A DNA stretch of 61,548 nt, counting the filler, from Choristocarpus tenellus KU-1152 (Eukaryota > Protista > Phaeophyceae), in the NCBI GenBank assembly GCA_964200185.2. It is 9 parts of 9 records of this genome, joined end to end, with 100 filler letters (N's around TTAATTAATTAA, not from the genome) between each part and the next. Parts side by side here need not be neighbours in the genome. Positions count along the whole stretch, not along the records: positions 36,151 to 40,566 come from CAXNAD020014654.1; positions 40,667 to 58,581 come from CAXNAD020000608.1; 7 more parts are not named here. The stretch is one strand, 5' to 3'. Below the pieces are notes generated by a model. That model was not told where the DNA came from, made no database searches, and saw nothing but the letters and a program-made list of their open reading frames with translations. Of this stretch, positions 36,151-49,500 are shown piece after piece; within the stretch, counting starts at the first letter, position 1; every line of letters starts with the position of its first letter. The position numbers were made by a program, and so were the translations under genes.

Positions 36151-37976
36151 AGGCCACTGGTAGTGATGGGACCCTGTGATCCAAAAAAAAAAAAACATAC
36201 AGCGGGGACAGTGTGAGGAGGGCAGGGGACACAGACACCATGAGCAGGTATTTAAATTGAACACAATCCCTCCATTACACGATCAGCACCACTTTGAACA
36301 GTATGCATAGGTGAGGAAAAGAACTGTTCCCATTCCTATCAACAACAATAATAACAATAATAATAATAATATTAACAATAGTGCGTAGTCTGACTAATTT
36401 GATGTAATATGCAGTGAAAAACGTTAGTACACTTGCAATATAAAAAAATATTATATATATATATTATACAAAAATGATATTCTATTATAAAGAACATAAA
36501 AATAAGTAGTATCAAACATTCCTTGCTTGTATCGGATGTATGTACTGTATCCCATCTGATAAACCAATGACAAGTCCGTGGGGATTTCCCCTCCCCTCAC
36601 AAAAATCCCACCTCATACCCTACAAAAACCAAACAATCAAGGCTGACAACTTCAAACACACTCAAACCCAAATATTCAGTGCTTTTATTGATAGTATACT
36701 CTACACCATGTAACACCCTATCACATCATTTTAACAACACTGTTATCACCATCACTACTACTGCTACTGCTACTACTACTACTACTATTACAATATTTAT
36801 TATTGTTAGATCTAGTACCTTTGAACACCTCTCTCACTTGATCATATGACAGACTACTACAACTACTACAATATAATTATTTATTTTCTGACTATCACGA
36901 ACTTACACTATAATTATTTATTTAACCTTGTACCACCTCTCTTATCACTAATCCACTATTCATGGCCCCAATTTATTTAGTTCACCTAATATCAAGAATA
37001 ACGGTCTTCGAGGAGTCCGTCAAGATGGTTGCAAGGTAGTTGGGGTCCTGCTTGTTCCAGCCAAGTCTCATGAGGGGAGTGAGGTCGGCAGTCTCAAAGA
37101 TGATGGTGGAGTGCTCCAGCGACCTAAGATCAAACATTCTGATACTTCCATCGGCACCCACCGATGCGAATATATCCTTTGACCTACAGGGGACAAGAGA
37201 CATTCACTTCTTCTTTTTTTTAAATATGTGTGTGTGTGTTTAAAAATTAAAGTATCATTATTTTTATTAACATATTGTTATTCTTATTAACATATATTGT
37301 TAGTACAGAGTAGTGTACATCATTTTTATTTTTATTGACTTTCGTATACAAGCAATCAGGCTTGTAGTCAGATGTAAATAATCAGGGGCACTATTCATAG
37401 GAAGATGCGTAGGGCTTGATTTGATTGAAGTATGTGTTGATTTGGTTGAAGTACGTGTTGATGGGGTTAGGGGTTTGAGTGAGTGCTACTAGGTCTAGGA
37501 AATTGCATCAGCAGGGTCAGGGTTACTGCAGAATTGTGTTAATGCTGCACACCAATGACAAGTGGGTTATCTATAGGCCTGTGGCTAAATATAAATATTG
37601 ATTTTCTAAATACTTTCACAGTCACAACTTGGTGTTACCAAATACTATTTCAAAACAAACAGAATACAATTCCAAACAAAACAGAAAACCTCAGTGGTAT
37701 TGGGGGGGTTAGGGTTACAAAATAATGGACATACGCACCTTCAGGGTAGATTGAATTGGACATTCAATACTATTTATTATTATTATTCTCAAGTCACGAG
37801 GGAGTATTCAGATTAAGAACAAAAAAATACCACTCTTTAAATAAGAACAAACTAAAAAAACAAACTGAAACTGACTGCGCCTATTGCTGCATTGGGTCCC
37901 AAGCCTCTCACCTGGTAAAGGCAAGGTCGTATACCTCCTTGTCATGGGCAATCAGTTGGGTCTTAGGAGTGCCACT
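36151..37976 (-). CDS. DCAF7: DDB1- and CUL4-associated factor 7 / WDR68 (AN11/TTG1-like WD40), internal exons 37976-37912, 37183-36986, 36173-36151
   Basis: [22 protein letters not shown]|[30 protein letters not shown]...[16 protein letters not shown]...VILDIR|VPSLPVA is the highly conserved DCAF7 signature, and splice phases match. Confidence 0.95.
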
Positions 37977-38032
37977 CTATGAGAGAAAAAAAAAATCAAC
38001 AAGAAAAAAATAAAATAGTTCACCTTCACAGG

Positions 38033-38231
38033 ATTGATTGATTAATTGATTAATTGCAGTCTTGCTGGTCATTCAGGGAGATTGATTGATTGATTGATTG
38101 CAGTCTTGCTGGTCATTCAGGGAGATTGATTGATTGATTAATTGATTGCAGTCTTGCTGGTCATTCAGGGAGATTGATTGATTGATTAATTGATTGCAGT
38201 CTTGCTGGTCATTCAGGGAGATTGATTGATT
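38033..38231. repeat. Intronic minisatellite, about 44-bp unit x4 with (GATT)n microsatellite core
   Basis: (gatt)n-gcagtcttgctggtcattcaggga is repeated four times. Confidence 0.9.
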
Positions 38232-38324
38232 GCTCGCATTGCATTGTGCTGTGGCAGTTGGTATATCCTAATATCCTAATATCACGAGAGGTTCAATGCT
38301 TTCCTTCTTTGCATCTGGCACTCT

Positions 38325-38557
38325 GACTGAAAGCGTCATACCCTTTCGGCTTCCCTCGGATTTTTTTTTCAATGGCATTTTTACCTACTCCAAAATATAT
38401 CGGAGTAGGTAAAATGTGTATGTTATGAAAAGGTATGTTTGAAACATAGATATTGACACTTCCGAACAAACACGATAGCCAAAATTACATCAAAATCACA
38501 ACATTGGATTTTGACCCCCAAATGGACGCGGCTCTACCTTCTAAGATATTTTGGCTC
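38325..38557 (-). mobile_element. MITE family A copy (internally deleted at one end)
   Basis: Right TIR taccttctaagatattttggctc, left end gactgaaag, TSD TCT/TCT. Confidence 0.75.
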
Positions 38558-39896
38558 TCTAACCCTAACCCTATCCTCCGATATTAACTTCTTAAACACA
38601 GTTCTTTCCATCCCGATCATGATATATATATATATATTTTCTCATTCTTTAAAGCTAACTATTTATTACCTCTTTGAATCACCATCTCATCAGGCAAGTT
38701 ACACATTACATACAGTCCAACACACCAAGGACCAACCGCCAAGAGTCTTTTTACTCCACAGCTAACCCTAACCCTAACCCTATACTAAAAAACTTCAAAA
38801 AACAATCAGCATCAATTTTGTAAAACTGTGTTTAAAAAGTAGCAACTAATCCCGATCAATGCAATACAACACCAGTCAACTCCAATACCCCACCTTTTTC
38901 CTACAAATGCAATACAATACCTACACATAGCATCAAATACCTTCAAAGAGCATCAAGAGACTTCGAAGAAATTCTAGGGTTAGGGAATACAAAATTTGAA
39001 TACAGAAGTTCCGTTTCCACCTGTTTCTTCATCTGTCTACAATAAACTTCCTACTCACCCCTCACCTACCTTAACCCTAACCCTACAACAAAAAAAAAGA
39101 CGAGGCATCTTTTGATACTCCCAAAAATAATAATAATTTTTTGCAAGACTGGGGTCTAAAGGTTTTCCTCGACCTCCTTGGCATAATAATGATCGTGAGC
39201 TTATGTCTACTACAGATCTTCCTGCAGGATATCAATCAGTCGGGTCAGACCTGGTTCATGAAAGATACTTCGAGTCCTTAATCAATACAGTTCGTCATCC
39301 TACTGCTCATTTGGGTTAGGCATTATCCCTGGCATGCATGATTTTAGTTCTTACTTCTAAGAATCATCTCCAGCGACTGCACTCAACTTCCTCTCAAAAA
39401 ATAAAATAAAAGTTACATGCATATATATATATAAATAAATATAACAATACCATGTATCTTCCTTCCAGTGAATAACAATAGTAACAATAATAATAATAAT
39501 AATACAGACTATCATGACATCTTTCGTATTAAAAGTACCTTTCAGAAAATATTTCTTCTAGAAGCAACACAAACAATAAATAATAAAAATTATAATTATT
39601 AGCCAATATATATATATATATACGGTTGGACTACATCCACAGACATCATGCTACACATCAACCAGACTGGGCAAAGGAAGAATAAAAACATTCCCCTCCC
39701 CACCATAAACAGATACTTGCAGAAGCACGCCATCCAAGTGCAATGAAATCCACATCAACGGTCTATAGAAAAATATATATTTCAACCTCTCAACGGAAGC
39801 CAAGGTACCTCACCCTCAACAAACAACTGTAAGGTATACCCTCCAGGGACAAAAATTGAAAAATTGGACTCTCCCACCAACATATTGCGAGGCCGG

Positions 39897-40212
39897 TGGA
39901 TTGATATGACACTATAAGGTATACCAAAAGGTTGATATGACATTATAAGGTATACATCATAAGGTACACCAACAGATTGATATGACACTGTAAGGTATAC
40001 CAACAGATTGATATGACATTATAAGGTACACATCATAAGGTACACCAACAGATTAATAAGACATTAAAAGGTATACCAACAGATTGATATGACACTGTAA
40101 GGTATACCAACAGATTGATATGACACTGTAAGGTGTACCAACAGATTGATATGACACTGTAAGGTATACCAACAGATTGATATGACATTATAAGGTATAC
40201 CAACAGATTGAC
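39897..40212. repeat. 31-bp minisatellite, about 9 copies
   Basis: Unit aaggtataccaacagattgatatgacactgt, with two 14-bp aaggtayacatcat interruptions. Confidence 0.9.
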
Positions 40213-43200
40213 GACAAAAGTATACCTATACCAACAGTTGGTTCTTTCAGAGTCAATACTGCGCCTCCACTCCCCTGGTAATTTCACTCTGTTGAAAAAA
40301 AAAATCCATGACTGCAAACATCTGTCCAAAACAATATATGTATATATAGATATATATACCCATATCTATTCTTCCTTAAACGGGAATGATTAACTCTAAT
40401 CCCCCCCCCCCCCCCAAAATACATACATTATTAATTCTTATTTTCCCCTTTACACTGCACCAATTCAAAAATTTCACACGCATACTTGCACAATAAAAAA
40501 AACAAAGAGATAAAAGAAAAATGAAAAAAAATGTCCCAATCCAATCAAAAGACAAAACCCCTCCCCNNNNNNNNNNNNNNNNNNNNNNNNNNNNNNNNNN
40601 NNNNNNNNNNTTAATTAATTAANNNNNNNNNNNNNNNNNNNNNNNNNNNNNNNNNNNNNNNNNNNNTCAAATCACCCAAAAATCGCGACATGAAGAAATT
40701 GCCCCCAAATGGACAGCCGCTACCGACTCCCAGATACTTTGAGCCTAAACACAATGCACTATCTGTACTGTGAGGTGTGAGAGGCAGTTGGTTGTGACGA
40801 CACAGGGTGATGATACATACTCCTAAGTACGATATTTCTCTCACTACTACTACAACTATTTTAGAGCTGTGCACTACTGGGTCTTCAAACTTTTAAAGAC
40901 TAGAATCATTTTCCTGAGTACATTAGGTTGTACCTTTCTGTAAGTAATAGTAGAATTTCTTTCGAATACTGCGCAATTTATTTCAGAACCATGTTGAAGA
41001 AAATCCAAAATGATATTTTTTGTCTTCTCTCATTATTTTAAGTTACTAGAAGTAGAGATACAGACTGGACAGAGGTAGTGCGACAATACACTTACTTGTA
41101 CAGGACATAGGACCAGTAGAAGGGATTTGGGGGGAATGGGGTGTGTGTGAAGAAGTTTCAGATGATATTCATCCACACTGGTTTACCCCTAAGTGATAGC
41201 TACTATTCATAATATCTTGTCAAATGTTTCAACTATTAAATATATATATATATTCTGTCGTGCGATTTAGTGTACAACAACGACAATACGTACAGTTACC
41301 TATAATACGCGGCAATTTGGGGGGGAGGGGATCGCATTGTAGTATAATACAGAAAGCTCAAGCAAAAACAGCAAATGCCACTCCATCGTACCCCCCAAAA
41401 GGGGGGTCATTTCGCGATTATTTCAGCTTCCATTCACACAACAATAAAATGGAATAATTCGCATAAAAATAAAATGGGAACTACTACTGCACAACAACCG
41501 AGAAATATACATGTGGTTGAAATGCTCTTCAGAAGAATTGTGGTCAATACATGGTCGAAGTACTTGGCAATTAAATGGAGAAATCTATAGAGTGAACTCC
41601 ACACACACATATTAATGCACTGCTCCCTCTAGCGGAACAAAATACTACTGGTTCGGAGACAGTGGGTCACTTCTCCTGTTCCTCGGCCCACTTTCACAAC
41701 AACAAAAGCACACTCTGATCAAAGGAGCCGATCCACCTTTTCGAAACGGTTGAGTGCAAGGAGAGATACCGTAGTGTGCGTACGTACGATGATGTCATCT
41801 GTCAATATACATCCCCTCCTGGTTTGTACCACCTTCCCTGTCTATGTTTACATTTTACAATGCCCATTATCACTTTTCTATTCATTTACAAATAAATGAA
41901 GCGCACCCTACCATCACATTCTCTACTGGCGTACCTCACCTTGTCCTTCAAAATTCCCCCCCTCGTACTAAAACAGTCCTTCAAATAAACTCCTTGTTTT
42001 TGACAAGTCGAGTTCAACATCCGTTACCCACCCAACATCATCATCCCAAACACGAAACATTCCCAACATATTCAATTCACATCTCAGTGAATTTTTGCAA
42101 GCAGCAACCCCCCATATTCACATACAAATAGAAAGAGAGAGAGAGAGAGACCGATCTTCCAGTGTTGTTGGTCCAACTCTAAACCAAAAATCCCACTACT
42201 ACTACTGTACTGAAGAAATAATAAATAACCACAAGCCCTAGCTTGTACAGAGCATCCATCTTGAGCAGGTGGGAAGGAGCTTTTTGCCCACGCCCAATAG
42301 CAAGTTGTCAATAGACAAGCGCTGTGAGACAAGGATGTATCCTTCTGTTATAAATACTGTTTCCGCACGGATTATATTATCGTTCGCATTTTGTTTGTAT
42401 CGCGCTTCGTGGAATGGATAGAATAAAAAGGGATACAAAACCACTGCAAAGGCAAAACCTTCACCCAGGCCATGCGATCATCATTGACATGAGTTCCTCT
42501 CTACGGCAATCCGTTAACTCACCCGGCAAAGATTTGAATTCGACCTCCAACTTACCTCCAGAAATCATCAAATCAAAAGGAATGAAAATTGAAAATGTTT
42601 CGTTATTAGAATAGCTTCTTACCATATCTGATACAAACAATAAAAAAGCAAGTATGAACTTTCAGCAGCAGTAATCGTCAAATCAGTAGCAGTGGGGCGT
42701 GATTCTAACAGAGGGTGGATTCACATCCACTCAAACGAGAAACACATTTTACCTAGGCAGTATCTTTCAGAAGAGGAGAAAAAATATATATAGCAAAGCC
42801 AAAGAGCAAGACCTGGAAGGTGTAACAAATATTGCGGACAAAAGACTTTTTCAACCCTCCTCCTTTTGTGGAGAATGCTCGGATTAAGAAGGCACCATAC
42901 CATGTTCTCCCTGGCATTTTTGCATTTTTTTATTGACCTTTAAAAATGTGTCTAAAGCTCCTATTCTCAAACAGGAGAATGGTCCCAAGAAGTGGAGAGA
43001 GGAGAGGAGGGTGAGAAGGGAGACACAGAGGGTGACCGTTGCTGATAACACCAGGTTGCAGCAAATACAGCTGCTCCTGGTGAGCTTTCACTAACCTCCT
43101 CCTGTCCCATGCTTCACAACAGGCATGACTCACAGCAGACCGGAGAGAACCTAAACATCACGAATCACACACACAAAACTCTCATCTGCTTCTACACATA

Positions 43201-43936
43201 CATGTGTAAGGTCATCGTAGTGATACAAACCTCCAGCACTTGACTCCAATCCATCTAACGGGGCAGATGCTGCAAAACATATGCGTCCAAAAATAGGGTA
43301 CAATCTGGAATAAGATAACAAAGGGGGCCGCGCGGCTGCATGTATCAAGCCAGTCAACGCCGTGTGCATGGGTCACACACAACCAGCAAGAAGCATCCAC
43401 TCAAAGCTCGGATTATAAGAAAGGCTTTGAGAAGCTTCGTCCTTGTTACATCCACCCTCTCCAACACAGAAACTTCAGCCTGCCAACACCACCCACCCAC
43501 CAGTCGAAAGCATGAGAACAGGAACAACGCCAACTCATCACAAAAAACCCAACACAAATGCACCATTATCACAGGTCCCTCCCTCGCCCACCTACCCCTT
43601 CCCCAAGGAGAAGTGCACGAGGGTCAATCAGGAAGGACCATACAGTCAGTTAAGAGGGAAATATCGTGCCAACAGACACACACACACACGAGTGCATAGC
43701 TGGATGAGGGAGAGCAGTGCAGATGGGGTTACAGTAGGAACCTGGAAAAAAAGAAAGAAATGAACAGGGTCATGTCGATCGTACTTTTTTTCTTTTTTCC
43801 AACAGATCGTCATGGCTTCGTTCGTTCCCTTTGGAGGAACTCCCCTCAAGTCATCCCTACGAAGCGCCTCCTTAGCACGGTCAGGAGGTAGGTCTCTGCA
43901 CAAAGGGGCACTCATTCACAACGCCTTAAAAATTGC

Positions 43937-46322
43937 TCAGTTGGGGAACTCCGCTGAGTTGGATTGGATGATGCCCACAATGATTCCGAAGATGCCCAGC
44001 GCGGAGGCAAAGATCTCAACAATAAGAATCTTCACAAAGAGGCCACCATCCTGTGCGTCCCCCAAGGCACAGCTACTGCCTGCAATACCAACCGATATTC
44101 CACTGGCAAGATTTGTCAAGCCCACTCCAAGGCCCCCGGTGAAGAGGGCATAGCCAGCGAAATAGGCCGTCGTCCACTCGTACGTCAAGGGGTCATCGCC
44201 AGGCTCCTGCAAGCACGCGAGACAAAAAAAAGAAAAAGGAACACGATGAGATCAGCAAAAAAGAAATATCCCAGGGTAGGGTTAGGGTTGCGTTGGAAGG
44301 GGAATGAATAGTTTAGTGAAGGTATTGTGAAGGCCGTATGAAAAAAAGTTGTTCGAGATAATTTTACAAGTACCCTTTTCGATTGTGAAGGCCTCGCTAC
44401 AGAGCCAACGCCTCTAGGTTCTGGACAGCCTAGGGAGACCTCCCGTATTGAAGGTGCCAATTGCGAATATCACGATTTAATTGGGGGTGGTGAACAGTAA
44501 AATCGATGATCCCGTATCTTTTTCTAAATGTCGAATACGCCTGAATAAAAAAAAAGATTGCTATCTGGGATATGGTGTGAACCAGGGGGTATATATACAC
44601 GCCATTGAGTGTCACCGTACTTGAGGCCCGACTAGGAACTCTCAGTAAAAAAGGAAAAGGCCTAAGGAATGGCACACATTGCCTTCATTGTGATTGAGTT
44701 GCAGTCAGACAACAAAGTAACTGGCCGGTGGGTGAAGCGTAACTTTAAAAGGGAGTGTGTCACTCAAAAATGAAGTTCCTTGAACCATGCATTGTTTTTG
44801 GTGGCTGGTAGACACGCTGTGCATATGTGGTTGCATATGATTGGTGCATAAAAGTATAAGCCTGCAGGCAGGGGGCGTTGGCGTTGACCAAGGACAGGTA
44901 GGGAGTTGAATAGAACAATGTGTTTCGTGAGGAGGATACAGCAGCTTCAGGTCTTTTGAAGAAGTTGGTAGCAGAGGAAAGCCGAACTAGGTTTGGACAT
45001 TCAGGGGAGGAGAGGAGGGGGCGAGGCTGGTGGTGGAGAATAGGAGGTAAGTAGCATGGGGAGGTACAGGAGAAAAAACAGAGGCCAGTAGGCAAAGACC
45101 TGCTTGAGCAAATTCAGCAATAGGCATGAAAAAAATCATCGTTGGTGATACCATTTAAGTTTTTTTTAACTGTGGAGCGAACGATATAAGGGCTATGTTT
45201 GTGTAAGGGAAATCAGTTACACCTTGATCGGTTCCTCTCAACCTTGAACTGCCCACTCCCTGAACAATTCCCATACCGTTAGTGCGCTAGTTACAGTTGG
45301 GAATGAGAGGAAACTTGAGGGGCAGTGTAGGTCAGACTGGGAGTTTGGTAGTTAATATATGAGCTGTGAGTTAAATTGACCAGGGAAGGAAAGCTATATT
45401 TGCCATCTGTGCCACAAGTGTGCCATTGTCGTACTTGTATATATACACATGGAGATACAACACAAGATACGACTACTTGGAGAGCATGGGTATAGCAACT
45501 GGAAAGATAGGGTGCCTGCTGCCTACAGCAATTCAAGAGCCATCTAGGTTAACATCACTCTTCTCGAAAAAATGGTGTACCTCCTCTTGACTTGGCACAC
45601 CACCAATATTGAACATGCATCGTCAAGAAGTTGCAGTGACGATTGAAGTCTCGTGCTAGACGTAAGGATGGGCGGAGATTCTTTGTTATCAAAAAACGGT
45701 GCGCGCGTGCGTAACTGGAGTTACCATTAGCTGACACATATGTTGGTAAGCTCGAACTCAAACCAACATCTTCTTTGGTATACAGAAGCCCTTCCTACCA
45801 CTTTGCGCTTGCATCAGCAGAAAAGGACCAAACATATAAAATACGCATGCGAAAGCAGGGTAACGAGGGCATAAGGTTGGGGGGTACGAGAATGTACTAA
45901 CGAAAATTTCGTGCTTCACAGCACACCGAGGAGACACTCCTTATCGACCAAGCACAATACTAAGTATCACTCCAGCATAGACGCAACTCCCACTAAACAG
46001 TAAATGGCAACCCTAGATCGCTCACCTGTATCTTGTTGAGAAGAATAATAGCCATGATAACACCATAGATGGCTGTAGCCTCGCAAAAGATAACGCTGAC
46101 GAGGTTCTTTGACCTGATGCGGGGAGCCTTGATGGCGGCACCCATAATGCTCGACCCCGTAAGGAAAATTCCCCACGCCGCACCTACAATTGATAGTCCA
46201 AGGGCCAATGCAATGCCCATATTCGCCCATCCATAGGGTGACATGTGCGTGAGGACCTCACCCCATCCCTGATTGCAGAGGTCGCCCGAGCAGAACACTT
46301 CGGCAGAGGTAGTTCCCGACAT
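43937..46322 (-). CDS. ATP6V0B: V-type proton ATPase 21-kDa proteolipid subunit c'' (Vma16); exons 46322-46026, 44206-43937
   Basis: [60 protein letters not shown] and [57 protein letters not shown], joined by a phase-0 intron GTGAG...GCAG. Confidence 0.96.
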
Positions 46323-46599
46323 CGTGTACCTGCCCTGTCGCCGTAAACGTACCCACTCCTCACCCCGGCCCTTGATGGATCTTTTCTATTACCTCCCTAT
46401 AACTACGAGTAGATAGATCTCACCACCACACACTACACCAGCACCCCTAGCGCGTCGAGGCTTGGGATAACCAACCTCACTATAAGAATTGTGTGCATTA
46501 CTCCCTAACCCTTTCAGTTTATCTTGTCAGGCTTTTCCCAAATCCTTTTTCTCTTAGAAACCACTTTTCAAATCCTAGTCTTTTACAACAAAAAGGATC
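46323..46599. promoter_or_regulatory. Putative bidirectional promoter between V-ATPase c'' and the glycosyltransferase-like gene
   Basis: 277 bp lie between divergent ATGs at 46322 (-) and 46600 (+). Confidence 0.5.
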
Positions 46600-49500
46600 A
46601 TGCCCCTGTCGTTTCTCGTACACTTATGCCCGCTGCCTCTGCAGAGCCATTTCCTCATTCTTACTGTCCTGGTGATGGTATGGATCTATCCTTCGATATC
46701 GAAGTGTGATGGTGTTGTGGGGACGTTCATCATTACAAGTCCATCGCAGTGGCAGGTGTTTCAGTGCCCTTCTATGGTGCCGTTCCAGGCAACATTCACG
46801 GCACGAGAGGAGGTCGTGATCGAGATTTCTAGGTCTGCTATACAGGATGAGAGGTGGGGTATAAAGTTGAGAGATCATTCCAAGAGATTGAGAAACACGC
46901 TGACGAAAAAACTTACCTAACTCGGAGACCCTACATGATCGTAGACTCACACAACCATTGCAACTCTCTCCCTATCGTTTTCCTATACTTCTTGGGCTGA
47001 TGAAACCTCTGCATCTTCTCTAGCATTTTGTGCGCAAGGATAAACGGGACAAAGCGCACATGTATCCCTACTAACACCACTGCCGATATGCTTCTACTCG
47101 TCGATGCACCTGGTATCTCGTGGATAACTGGGCACTTTCTCGTGCGTGGTGAGATCGTTGCATCCACCAAGCCTATAGCAATTACCGTTGAGAATAATAT
47201 GGTACTTGAAGAAGCCTCGGATAGATCAAATAGGGAAAGAGACTCTGAACCAGGGCATAAGGGAACTGAGTTGGGGCAAGGGACTGAAGGAAACATCAGC
47301 AATCTTGGGGCATACGTGACGACAATGATGGAACCTGAGCTATCTGCGGTTTTGGCAGTGACTCTGGATGATATTGAGAGAGCCCTAATATTGTTGTCAA
47401 CGCTGAGAGCTCATGGGGCAATTAAGCTCTTCCGAGATCTGTTCGTAGTAGTTCCAGATCGGGATAAGTTCGCCATAGATACAATATTTTCTGGACTCAA
47501 TAACGTTCGTGTGATTGCTGAGAGTGTGGTCTTCCCACCTGGGACACAACTCGATCCAACGTGGGAGGGGTACGCTATCCAAATGGCTATCAAGCTGTAC
47601 GCAGCGTCATTGATGAGCACTGAGTTTTATCTCACTCTTGATGCTGACGTGCTGTGCACCAAGAGGGGGATCTCCTTGGAAGACCTGCTACCATCACGGA
47701 GGGCAAACTACATTAACGAGGGGTGAGGTGGTCAAAGTATATTTCGCCACTTTACGGATGATACCCTTTGTCTCTGCTGCCCCCTCATAATCCTACATGC
47801 TTGCCCTCTCAGCAAGGCATGCTGATGTCTGGACATCAAATCCAGTCTGGTAAATCCTATCTCCCATCGTTGATGATTTGCCCCTTCAAATTTGCTTGGC
47901 ACAACGTGCATCCAGGAAGCACGTACATCCAGCTTGGTGGAAATCTTCAACAAGACTGTTGAGAGCTAAAGAGCAGGAGCCTATCGCTGAAACTGGAGGG
48001 TTCGGCGTGACACCAGCAATCCTAAGCACGGCAGGAAGTTTCCTAACACTTGGTCGCCTCCGAGAACTACATGGGGAAGAGAATCACCTGAATGTCCTCC
48101 TCGGGGGATGGGCCAAACAACAAGACTTAATGTGAGTACAATCGCTACACCATATCCATATCACCGTCCATGAGCTCTCAAACGTTCATGTTTCCATTCC
48201 CGTTGGTCAGAAAGAGTAACACCAACGTACATGGTACAAGCTGAACTCCCAACGTAATAACTCCCGACAATTATCAACCACCATCATGAATGTTCAAGGT
48301 ATTGTTTCCGTGCAGAGCAAGAGACCAGCTTCATCAAGAAGTAGTTTAAGAGTTGGGTACTGTTTGAGATATCGTACTCACAGGTAATTCGCACCCATGT
48401 CAGTGCATCTATGCTTTCGGCCATAGCAACAAATATGTACTACTCATATGTGTTGCTTTCACGCTCTCACTGGTCAATTTTTTTGTCAAAAATAAATTTG
48501 CAACAAGACACCGTCTAAAAATGGACTCCAACACCAATTCAAGCAGTACATTTCGAATGTATGGGGCATCCACTATATACCCCATACAAACCACACTTCT
48601 CCCACGATTTGGACTTAAACAGCCAAAAAGTAAACCTCACTTCTCTCTTTGGGGGGATCTGTCACGTGTGGGGGCGCCCTATGCAGCCCTCAAGAGACAG
48701 CCATTAGAAAGAGACAAGAGCGTTCTGTTCTTTTTGCCACATGCTGTTTACTGGCTAATGGACATGGCAAAATGAAGGGGGGGAATCCTGAGTCCCATAC
48801 CGTGACTTGTAGTGAATTAGTTCTTATACATGCTTCGTATTGAAAGAAAATCACGCTTGAAAAAATAAAAATATTTTCAAAGAAAACCTTAACCTCATAA
48901 TCTTTTCGGCATATATATAGAGTAGAAAGAGTGACTCCTTCACAACTTTTAAAACCTACTAGTAAGTCCGTCTAATGTAGTGATGAGGTAGAGCAAAAGC
49001 ATTTAGGAGTGTAGGCTCGCGTCTGTTTGGGGTCATATATCCAATGTTGTGATTTGGATGGATTTTGGCTACCATGTTTGTTAGGAAGTGTCAATATCCT
49101 TGCTCCGGACACACCTTTCATAGTCGCAAGCATTTTAGGGTTAGGGTTAGAGTTCACACAGAAAATCGAAAAGGGGCATAAAAAACCCTTGGGAAAGTCA
49201 AGCCCAAGATGGACAAACAGGGCAAAACTCCTCCAAGGGTCTTGCACTGAGTCTAGTGTTGAGTGGTCTACTAAAACTATCTGCATCAGGGAATGCTCAG
49301 TTGCTTCAACCAATCACACTTGGCCTGCTTGTACTTGCATGATCCCCCGTCCCCCTCAAGTGCTTACTTCTTTCACACTGTAGGTGTAGAAGTAAAGTAT
49401 AATTTCTCAGACTGTGCATCAGTACCATTGTGCTCAGAATATATGAGCTTTTCTGCACTTTTGTTGCACCATCCAACAAAACCTCGACAGGTATTGTGCA

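Noticed and set aside
38033-38231. Repeat-spacer-like pattern (24-bp constant block with variable gaps)
   Set aside because: The gaps are only (GATT)n microsatellite length variants.
39897-40212. CRISPR-like array of about 30-bp repeats
   Set aside because: Units are head-to-tail with no unique spacers, there are no cas genes, and the context is eukaryotic.
43812-44311. Plus-strand ORFs overlapping V-ATPase exon 2
   Set aside because: These are antisense shadows of a conserved coding exon.
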